A stretch of 13,823 nucleotides of DNA from Vulcanimicrobiaceae bacterium (GTDB taxonomy: Bacteria; Vulcanimicrobiota; Vulcanimicrobiia; Vulcanimicrobiales; Vulcanimicrobiaceae). The stretch covers positions 43,438 through 57,260 of the forward strand of contig JBHEMM010000008.1 in assembly GCA_046262595.1 (NCBI GenBank), read 5' to 3'. Below the pieces are notes generated by a model that saw nothing but the letters and a program-made list of their open reading frames with translations, ran no database searches and was not told the origin of the DNA. Of the stretch, positions 6,854 through 13,823 are shown piece after piece; the stretch's first letter is position 1; each line of letters opens with the position of its first letter. The position numbers and the translations under genes are program-made.

Positions 6854-8034
6854 GCGTGCATCTTTGCAATGCTCGCGAGCGCGCGAACGGCTGCGGGGTC
6901 GAACTGCGTGCCCGAAGCCGTTTCGAGCAGCGTCATGGGCAGTGAGCGCTCCTGCGCGGCCTTGCTGCGGCGCGATTGCTCGAGTGCATCGTGCGCAATT
7001 GCGAGCGCCAATGCTTGTGCGCCCGCAGGAATGTGTTTCGAGCGCAGGCCATCCGGCGCACCGGTGCCGTCAAACCATTCCGCGCGCGCACGGACGATTG
7101 CGGCCGCGGGCCGCAGCCACGCGCAGGGCGAAAGCAACTCCGCGGCTTGCACCGCGTTGCGGCTCCGCAGTTCGATGCCCAGGCGCGCGAGCGGGCCAAA
7201 GCGGTCGTCCTCCAGGCGTTTCGCGCGCAGTTCGCCGGCGCCGAAGAGCTGTGCGGCCATCGCGGCATCGCGTATCTCTTCCTCGGGCGCTCCGGCGGCT
7301 TGCAAAATGTCTCGCACCGTTTCGGCGATGCGCGCGCTGCGTCCGGGCGTTGCGTTATGTGCGTCGATGGCGGCGCTGAGCAGTTCGAGGATATCCTCGG
7401 GCGTGGTTCGCGACGCCGCAAGCGCTTCATGCGGAACGGGAACGGGCGCAACCTCGCCGCCGTTGGTGTGATACCACGTTACGAACGAGCGCGTCTGTTC
7501 GGGCGAAAAGCTGCGGCCAGCTTCGGCTGTGATCGCCACGAGCGCTTCTTCGGGTTCGCCGGCATGGACGTATGCGCTTGCAATGTTCAGAATTTGCGCG
7601 GCTTTGGGAATGCCGGTCCAGCGCAATTGATCGGGGAATCCGGTACCGTCCCAGCATTCCGACTGCCACCGCACGATGTCGGCCGTGTCGTGCGGCAGCG
7701 CAGCGATTTTCTCGCACAGACGCGCGCTGTGGGCGGGAATATCCCAAAGCGCCATCGCGCTCGAGCGTTCACTGAGGTCGTGGCCTTTGGCCAGTGCCGG
7801 GTTGCCGACGGCGCCGCTGTTGCGAAGCAGCGCCGAAAAAAAGAGCGCGGCAGACTGCTCGGCGGAGAGCCCTTCAATGTCACCGATCGCCGCGGCCAGC
7901 GAAGCGATGCGCGCGCCTTCTGCGGGCGAGGTGCCCGCTGCATAGTCGCCGGCGGTTCCGAAAAACGCGAGGAGCTCACCGAGGGCCGTGGACTCAGAGG
8001 CCGAACTGGAGCCTGAACCTTCTGCCAAGGACAT
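6850..8034 (-). CDS. Tandem HD-GYP-like domain protein, both domains degenerate
   Basis: Two repeats of the ExxDGxG(Y)P-x-L---IP signature (ECWDGTGFPDQLRWTGIP; EWFDGTGAPDGLRSKHIP) plus GRSFSP/GTQFDP. The HD positions read RN and FG. Confidence 0.8.
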   Translation of the reverse strand: MSLAEGSGSSSASESTALGELLAFFGTAGDYAAGTSPAEGARIASLAAAIGDIEGLSAEQSAALFFSALLRNSGAVGNPALAKGHDLSERSSAMALWDIPAHSARLCEKIAALPHDTADIVRWQSECWDGTGFPDQLRWTGIPKAAQILNIASAYVHAGEPEEALVAITAEAGRSFSPEQTRSFVTWYHTNGGEVAPVPVPHEALAASRTTPEDILELLSAAIDAHNATPGRSARIAETVRDILQAAGAPEEEIRDAAMAAQLFGAGELRAKRLEDDRFGPLARLGIELRSRNAVQAAELLSPCAWLRPAAAIVRARAEWFDGTGAPDGLRSKHIPAGAQALALAIAHDALEQSRRSKAAQERSLPMTLLETASGTQFDPAAVRALASIAKMHA

Positions 8035-8057
8035 GCTCCGCTCGTTTTTCTAAAGTT

Positions 8058-8528
8058 GTGCCGAAACCCTCACATATCGCCGACGACGGCAGCCTTTTTA
8101 TGGTGGACGTCTCGGAAAAAAGCTCGACTGCCCGGACGGCCGCCGCACAGGCGCGCGTGCGTTTGGGTGCGGACGCCGCGCAGGCACTGCGTACGGCGGC
8201 GCTCGCTAAGGGCGACGCGTTCGCTGCCGCACAAATCGCCGGTATTATGGCGGCAAAAAACACCGCCGGCCTCATTCCGCTGGCCCACCCGCTTGCGCTG
8301 AGCAAAGTGGACGTATCGTTCGCGTGGGATGGCGACATACTCGTCATCGATGCAACGGCGCGAACCGTCGCGCAGACGGGCGTGGAGATGGAAGCGCTTG
8401 TCGCCGCGAGCATTGCAGCGCTCACCATTTACGACATGGCAAAGGCCGTGACCAAGCGCATCTGTATCGAATCCGTGCGGCTCGTCTCGAAAACCGGCGG
8501 CAAAAGCGGCGATTACCATGCGGTTTAA
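8058..8528 (+). CDS. moaC: Cyclic pyranopterin monophosphate synthase MoaC
   Basis: SHIADDG..MVDVSEK, KGDAFAAAQIAGIMAAK, LIPLAHP, TGVEMEAL, LTIYDMAKAV, KTGGKSG. GTG 8058 chosen as start because the track extension to 7794 overlaps the opposite-strand gene. Confidence 0.93.
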   Translation: MPKPSHIADDGSLFMVDVSEKSSTARTAAAQARVRLGADAAQALRTAALAKGDAFAAAQIAGIMAAKNTAGLIPLAHPLALSKVDVSFAWDGDILVIDATARTVAQTGVEMEALVAASIAALTIYDMAKAVTKRICIESVRLVSKTGGKSGDYHAV

Positions 8529-9000
8529 AGCCGCGCTGATCGTTCTTTCGGACCGCGCCGCATCAGGTGCACGCGCCGACGGCTGCCTGCCCGTCATGCG
8601 CGAGCGATTGTCGAGCGTTTACGCCATCGATCGTGAAAGCGTCCTCGCCGACGACGCGGCTGCGCTGCAAGCGGAACTTATCGAGCTGTGCGATGCCGGC
8701 ACCGTCTCGGTGATTTTAACCAGCGGCGGCACGGGCCTCGGGCCGCGCGACCGCACGCCGCAGGCGACCGCCGCTATCGTGGATTACGAAGTGCCCGGAA
8801 TTGCTGAAGCGCTTCGTGCAGCCTCACTTGCGTTCACGAAAACGGCAATGCTTTCGCGCGGCATTGCCGGCGTGCGCCACCGTACGCTGATCGTCAATCT
8901 GCCCGGGAGCCCGAAGGCGGTGGGCGAGTGCCTCGATGTGCTCATACCGGTGCTTCCTCACGCTCTGGAACTGCTGGCTGGAGACGCTGCGGACGGATGA
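8518..9000 (+). CDS. mog: Molybdopterin adenylyltransferase (MogA/MoaB family)
   Basis: LSDR, TSGGTGLGPRDRTPQAT, PGIAEALR, AMLSRGIAG, IVNLPGSPKAV. Confidence 0.88.
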   Translation: MRFKAALIVLSDRAASGARADGCLPVMRERLSSVYAIDRESVLADDAAALQAELIELCDAGTVSVILTSGGTGLGPRDRTPQATAAIVDYEVPGIAEALRAASLAFTKTAMLSRGIAGVRHRTLIVNLPGSPKAVGECLDVLIPVLPHALELLAGDAADG

Positions 9001-10313
9001 ATTTCACGCAAGCGCAGTCCTATCTGTATGCGACGGTCAATGAAACAGCATCGCGCCGGGAACCGCACCGGCTTGACCGCATGCGCGCGTTCTTGCACGC
9101 ATTGGACGATCCGCAAAACACGTATCCGACGGTCCAGATTGGCGGCACCAGCGGAAAAGGCTCCACTTCCACGATGGCAGCCGCTGCGCTCACGGCTTGC
9201 GGAAAGCGCACCGGCCTGCATACGAAACCGCACATCCGCTCCATCACCGAACGCGCGCGCATCGACGCAGTGCCCATTCCGGAAGAACGCTTTGCGGAAC
9301 TGCTGAGCGACATGATGCCGGCGATCGGCACGGTCGAACGCGACCACTCACGACCTTCGTATTATGAAACGCTGCTCGCGCTCACGCTGCTGTATTTCGC
9401 GCGTGAGGGCGTGGATATCGCCGTGATTGAAGTCGGCATCGGCGGCAAGCTCGACGGCACGAACGTGCTGCGGCCCAACGTTTGCGCCATCACGAACGTC
9501 GGCTTGGATCACGTGGACGTACTGGGAGACACGATCGAAGAGATCGCGGCAGACAAAGCCGGCATCGCGAAAGCCGGCGTGCCGCTGGTGAGCGCCGTCG
9601 AACAGCCCGTCGCCCGTGAGATCATCGAACAAGCCTGCGCGGCGGCGGGCGCGCCGTTCGTTCCCGTGTTCGATCGAACGGAAGTTGCGGCGCGCACCGG
9701 CAGCGTTTACGGCCAGTCGTTCACGCTCACTACGCCCAGAGAAACGTATTCGATCGAACTGCCGTTGCTCGGCGCGTTTCAGCAGCGCAATGCAGCCACC
9801 GCCGTCACGGTGCTCGAAGAGCTCGGGCCGTTATATCCGGGAAAGGAAGCGATCGAACGCGGGCTAGCCGGCCTCACGCTGAGTGGGCGCATGGAATACT
9901 TTCCCTCGCATCCCGGCATCGTGTTCGACATCGCGCACAACCCCGACAAGGCCCATCATTTGGCGGACGCGCTGCGCGAAATTTTCCCCGGGCGCCATAT
10001 CACGTTCGTGATCGCTATCGGCGAGAGTAAGGACACTTCGGAGATACTGCTCGCGTTCGCCGGTTTGGGCGCGACGTTCATCTTCACGTCGTTCGAAGCG
10101 CACGGACGCAGCGCGGTCAAACCCCAGCGGCTGGCGAGCGTTGCGGAAAGTTTAGGGCTTTGGGGCCGTCCGACGCCGGATCCGGTTGAGGCGCTCGCCA
10201 TTGCGCGCCGGAACGCATCGGCGGACGGGATCGTCGTCGTGACCGGCTCGACGTACGTCGTGGCGGAGCTGCGTGCCTGGTGGATGGAACACGTTGCAGC
10301 TGCGCGGCCGTGA
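8997..10313 (+). CDS. folC: Bifunctional folylpolyglutamate synthase/dihydrofolate synthase
   Basis: P-loop GGTSGKGST, IEVGIGGKLDGTNV, GLDHVDVLGDTIEEIAADKAGI, DIAHNP, VVTGS. ATG 8997 overlaps the mog stop (ATGA). Confidence 0.92.
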   Translation: MNFTQAQSYLYATVNETASRREPHRLDRMRAFLHALDDPQNTYPTVQIGGTSGKGSTSTMAAAALTACGKRTGLHTKPHIRSITERARIDAVPIPEERFAELLSDMMPAIGTVERDHSRPSYYETLLALTLLYFAREGVDIAVIEVGIGGKLDGTNVLRPNVCAITNVGLDHVDVLGDTIEEIAADKAGIAKAGVPLVSAVEQPVAREIIEQACAAAGAPFVPVFDRTEVAARTGSVYGQSFTLTTPRETYSIELPLLGAFQQRNAATAVTVLEELGPLYPGKEAIERGLAGLTLSGRMEYFPSHPGIVFDIAHNPDKAHHLADALREIFPGRHITFVIAIGESKDTSEILLAFAGLGATFIFTSFEAHGRSAVKPQRLASVAESLGLWGRPTPDPVEALAIARRNASADGIVVVTGSTYVVAELRAWWMEHVAAARP

Positions 10314-11118
10314 CCTGCGCTGGGGCGAACGCACCTATGTCATGGGCATCGTCAACGTCACGCCGGATTCGTTTTCAGGCGACGGCATTGAAGAGGCGCA
10401 GGCGGCTGCCGCTTTCGCGGTAAGGCAAGCGCAGGGCGCCGATATCGTCGATATCGGGGCAGAATCCACGCGCCCAGGGCACGCGCCCGTGGACGAAGCG
10501 GCCGAGTTGCAGCGCCTGCTGCCGGTTCTTCGCGCGGTACGCGCGCAGCTTCCCGATGTTGTGATCTCCGTCGATACGCACAAGCCGGCGGTCTTTGAAG
10601 CGGCGCACGCGCACGGTGCGGACATTCTGAACTCGATTTGGGGCTTGCCCGAACCGTTGCTTGCGAGCGCGGCGCGCGCCGGCGTCCCGGTCGTCGTCAT
10701 GCACAATCAAACCGGCACGAGCTACGCCGGCCGCGTTATTGATGAAGTGAAGCGGTTTTTGCTCGAGGCTGCGCACCGCGCGCTTCACGCCGGAATTTCA
10801 CGCGAGCGGATCGTCCTGGATCCGGGCATCGGCTTCGGGAAAACGCCGGATCAGAACATCGAAGTGCTGCGCGATCTCCGGGCAATCACCGCACTCGGCT
10901 TTCCCACGTTGATAGGAACATCGCGCAAATCCACCATCGGCAAGCTCACGGGGAAGGCGCCGCCGCAGCGCGTCTTCGGCACGGCGGCGACCACGGCGTT
11001 GGCGGTAGCTGCAGGAATCGATATCGTGCGCGTCCATGATGTGGATGCCGCGCTGGACGCGGTGCACGTCAGCGATGCGATCGTTCGCAACTGGAGGCCG
11101 CAAGAATGGATGTCATAG
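10273..11118 (+). CDS. folP: Dihydropteroate synthase
   Basis: MGIVNVTPDSFS, DIGAESTRPG, ISVDT, LDPGIGFGKT, GTSRKS, IVRVHDV. Start is GTG 10273 or TTG 10294. Confidence 0.95.
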   Translation: MPGGWNTLQLRGRDLRWGERTYVMGIVNVTPDSFSGDGIEEAQAAAAFAVRQAQGADIVDIGAESTRPGHAPVDEAAELQRLLPVLRAVRAQLPDVVISVDTHKPAVFEAAHAHGADILNSIWGLPEPLLASAARAGVPVVVMHNQTGTSYAGRVIDEVKRFLLEAAHRALHAGISRERIVLDPGIGFGKTPDQNIEVLRDLRAITALGFPTLIGTSRKSTIGKLTGKAPPQRVFGTAATTALAVAAGIDIVRVHDVDAALDAVHVSDAIVRNWRPQEWMS

Positions 11119-11477
11119 AGCTCCGCGGCATGCGGGTCTACGGCAAGCACGGTGCAAACCCAGGCGAACGAGACCGGGAGCAGATTTTCGAGTTGAACGT
11201 GCGGCTGGAGCTCGACTTAGCGCAGGCCGCATCCGGTGATGAATTGCAGGCAACGCTCGACTATGCCGCCCTGCACGCGCGCATTAAAGCAACCGTCGAA
11301 TCGACCTCGTTCCGTCTGCTCGAACGGTTGGCATCCGAAGTGATGGGCGCAATCTTTGCCGACGCGCGCGTTGCTCGCGCCGGCGTGCGGATCGCAAAGC
11401 CGCAGCTGCTCGAGGGCGCGACGCCCAGCGTGCTGCTCCAGCGCGAAAACCCGCGCTACCGTGCCGCGTTTCCGTGA
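11106..11477 (+). CDS. folB: Dihydroneopterin aldolase
   Basis: YGKHGANPGER..Q.F, TLDYAAL, FRLLERLA, RIAKP; GGAGG at 11093-11097. Confidence 0.92.
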   Translation: MDVIELRGMRVYGKHGANPGERDREQIFELNVRLELDLAQAASGDELQATLDYAALHARIKATVESTSFRLLERLASEVMGAIFADARVARAGVRIAKPQLLEGATPSVLLQRENPRYRAAFP

Positions 11478-12352
11478 ACGCGACGCCGATCGCGGCAATC
11501 GGTCTCGGCTCGAACATGGGCGATCCGCGTGCGAATGTGAAGCGCGCCGTTTCGGCGCTCTCATCGGCGGGGCAGGTTCTCGCCGTCTCGCGCTTCTATC
11601 GCACGAAACCGTGGGGCGGCCCGCCCGGTCAGGCGGATTTCTGCAACGCAGCCGTTCTGCTGGAAACCCTGCTCGAACCGCTGGCTTTGCTCGCCGAACT
11701 CAAGCGCCTGGAGAGCGTGCTGGGCCGCGTGCCGTCGGAACGCTGGGGGCCGCGAGCTATTGATCTCGACATTCTGCTCTACGGCCGCGAGCGGATCGAC
11801 CACCCCGATTTATGCGTTCCGCATGCGCGCCTTTTCGAGCGGGCGTTCGCATTGGCGCCCCTTGCCGACCTCGATCCGCTCTTTGCAAGCGCATTCGCGG
11901 GGCTCGACCCGCAGGAGCGCGAATCGATAGCGCTCATGTCCGAGGACCCCCTGGTCGACCGTGTGCGCACGCTTGCGCAGGCGTTCTTAGAAACCGATTT
12001 GATGCGGTTGCGCATCGAAGAAGAGAACGAGGATGCCGTAGAGCTGCGCCGCAAGGCCGTTGCTGCGCCGCGGCGCGCTCCGCAGGACGATGAAGGCTCG
12101 AGCGGCTCGCCCGCGCCTGCGGCCGTAGCGGATCTCGTAAAGGCCGACCTGGTGGGCATCTTTCATTTGAGCCGGCCGCCCGTGCGCGATGGCGACGCGC
12201 TCGAGGGCGATCGCGAGCTGGCGTACGTGGAAGCGCTGGGCATCCGCAATCCCGTGCGTTCGCTCGGCGCGGGTCGGGTTCGTGCGGTGCGATGCAAGGA
12301 CGGCGATGCGGTCGAATACGGCCAAGTGCTCTTCGAGATCGACCGTGTTTAA
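11474..12352 (+). CDS. folK: HPPK (FolK) fused to a C-terminal BCCP/AccB-like domain lacking the biotinyl lysine
   Basis: Residues 1-~150: IGLGSNMGD, FCNAAV, ELKRLE..LGR, RWGPRAIDLDILL, VPH, ERAF. Residues 155-292: AccB-like N-terminal segment, Ala/Pro linker, VKADLVGIF, YVEALGIRNPV, DGDAVEYGQVLFEI. Confidence 0.88.
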   Translation: MNATPIAAIGLGSNMGDPRANVKRAVSALSSAGQVLAVSRFYRTKPWGGPPGQADFCNAAVLLETLLEPLALLAELKRLESVLGRVPSERWGPRAIDLDILLYGRERIDHPDLCVPHARLFERAFALAPLADLDPLFASAFAGLDPQERESIALMSEDPLVDRVRTLAQAFLETDLMRLRIEEENEDAVELRRKAVAAPRRAPQDDEGSSGSPAPAAVADLVKADLVGIFHLSRPPVRDGDALEGDRELAYVEALGIRNPVRSLGAGRVRAVRCKDGDAVEYGQVLFEIDRV

Positions 12353-13700
12353 AAAAGTGCTCATCGCGAACCGGGGCGAGATCGCCCTTCGCATTAACCG
12401 CGCGTGCCGCGAGCTCGGCGTTCAGACAGTGGCGATCTTCTCTGAAGCCGACCGGCTCTCGCTGCACGTGCGCCATGCAAGCCAAGCGTTTTGCGTAGGC
12501 CCGGGACCCGTTACGCGTTCATACTTGAACATTCCGAACATTATCTCGACCGCGCTGATCACGGGATGCGATGCCGTCCATCCCGGGTATGGATTTCTCG
12601 CTGAAAATGCGCGCTTCGCCGAGATCTGCGCGGACCACGGTTTGACGTTTATCGGTCCGCGCCCGGAAGTGATCGCGGCCATGGGCGATAAAGCGACGGC
12701 GAAGCGCGTCATGCGTGAAGCGGGTGTCGCCACCACGCCTGGAACCGACATTCTGCCCTCCGCGCAGGAAGCGCGGGCGGCCGCCGACACGATCGGGTAT
12801 CCGGTGCTCCTCAAGGCGACGGCCGGCGGCGGCGGCAAGGGCATGCGAGTCGTGCATGCGCCCGAAGAACTCGAGCGCGCGTATGCATCGGCGACGGCCG
12901 AAGCCGAAGCGAGCTTCAAAGACGGGCGCGTCTATATGGAAAAGCTCATCATTAAGCCGCGCCACATCGAAGTGCAAGTCTTGGGAGACCGTTTCGGAAA
13001 CGTCGTCCATTTAGGCGAGCGCGACTGTTCGGTGCAGAAGCCCTCACATCAAAAATTGATCGAAGAAGCGCCTGCGGCAAATCTTCCCGTGCCGGCGCGC
13101 GACGCGCTGCACGAGATGGCGGTGAAGGCGTGCAAAGCCGTGGGCTACAGCAACGCCGGCACGCTCGAGTTCTTGGTCAGCGGCGATCAAATCTACTTCA
13201 TGGAAATGAACACGCGCATTCAAGTCGAGCACCCGGTCACCGAGATGGTTTACGATATCGATTTGGTCAAAGAACAGATTCGCATCGCCGCGGGCGAGGC
13301 TCTGGGCTACGTTCAGGGTGACTTGAAGGCCTCGGGGCACGCGATCGAATGCCGGATCAACGCGGAAGATGCGCTCAACAACTTTGCTCCGGCTGCCGGT
13401 ACGCTGACGAACGTCGTCTTTCCCGGCGGCCCGGGCATCCGCGTGGATACGCACGTGTATTCCGGCGCGACCGTTCCGCCGTTCTACTATTCGATGATCG
13501 CAAAAATCATCGCCGTCGGCAGCACGCGCGATGCGGCAATCGCACGCATGGAACGCGGGCTTCGCGAGACCGTCGTCGAAGGCGTCAACACCACCATCGA
13601 TCAGTGTTTGGAAATTTTAGGCACCGCCGAATTCCGTTCGGGGCATTACTCGATCGATTTTCTTCCCGCGCTGCTCGAGAGCCGCGTGGGTGCAGTTTAG
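12345..13700 (+). CDS. accC: Biotin carboxylase subunit (AccC family)
   Basis: FKKVLIANRGEIA, HPGYGFLAEN, GGGGKGMR, EMNTRIQVEHPVTE, ECRINAED. The true start is GTG 12345, overlapping the upstream gene end. Confidence 0.93.
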   Translation: MFKKVLIANRGEIALRINRACRELGVQTVAIFSEADRLSLHVRHASQAFCVGPGPVTRSYLNIPNIISTALITGCDAVHPGYGFLAENARFAEICADHGLTFIGPRPEVIAAMGDKATAKRVMREAGVATTPGTDILPSAQEARAAADTIGYPVLLKATAGGGGKGMRVVHAPEELERAYASATAEAEASFKDGRVYMEKLIIKPRHIEVQVLGDRFGNVVHLGERDCSVQKPSHQKLIEEAPAANLPVPARDALHEMAVKACKAVGYSNAGTLEFLVSGDQIYFMEMNTRIQVEHPVTEMVYDIDLVKEQIRIAAGEALGYVQGDLKASGHAIECRINAEDALNNFAPAAGTLTNVVFPGGPGIRVDTHVYSGATVPPFYYSMIAKIIAVGSTRDAAIARMERGLRETVVEGVNTTIDQCLEILGTAEFRSGHYSIDFLPALLESRVGAV

Positions 13701-13709
13701 GAGACCCTC

Positions 13710-13823
13710 GTGCCGTCCCGCCGCATGGCCCGCGAACTCGCGCTTAAAGCGCTTTTTTCCGTCGAAGTTGGGCATCGCGATCCCGCCGAAGTTTTGGATG
13801 AATACCTGGCGACCCACTCCGAG
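13710..13823 (+). CDS. nusB: Transcription antitermination factor NusB (3' truncated by window; not in ORF track)
   Basis: AGGAG at 13699-13703, then GTG: MPSRRMARELALKALFSVEVG..., matching the NusB N-terminal RRxARE.A...LF motif. The accB-accC-nusB neighbourhood is also known. Confidence 0.82.
   Translation, partial: MPSRRMARELALKALFSVEVGHRDPAEVLDEYLATHSE

Noticed and set aside
6308..8016. Long plus-strand ORFs 6308..7471 and 6976..8016
   Set aside because: They lie antisense to the HD-GYP-like and MTase-like genes, have no recognisable motifs, and are typical shadow ORFs of GC-rich DNA.
7794..12344. N-terminal extensions in the ORF track for moaC (7794), folC (8928) and accC (12189)
   Set aside because: Family similarity begins at 8058, 8997 and 12345; the latter two also give typical start/stop overlaps.
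11936..12352. Separate canonical accB gene starting at ATG 11936
   Set aside because: There is no stop between folK and this ATG, the nearest AGGAG is 18 nt away, and the biotinyl Lys is absent. Treated as a fused domain, though internal initiation is not excluded.

Overview
GC-rich bacterial chromosomal window with no mobile element, CRISPR array, rRNA or tRNA visible. Gene style suggests a diderm organism, possibly Ca. Eremiobacterota/Vulcanimicrobiota; this is an inference only. (1) 1-4431 (+): Ton/Tol-like energy-transduction cluster: a TonB-C + TPR protein (5' truncated), exbB/tolQ, two exbD/tolR paralogues and two TonB-family proteins. (2) 4460-8034: stand-alone PilZ protein (-); uppP plus a coupled small membrane protein (+); and a coupled minus-strand pair, a tandem HD-GYP-like protein lacking metal ligands in both domains and a Dam/D12-like methyltransferase homologue with CPPA in place of DPPY. 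(3) 8058-13823 (+): tightly packed moaC-mog-folC-folP-folB-folK::BCCP-like-accC-nusB operon. Most striking: FolK is fused to a BCCP-like domain lacking the biotin-acceptor lysine (EAMK->EALG), next to a biotin carboxylase with altered conserved motifs, and the two-gene operon appears to encode two pseudo-enzymes.
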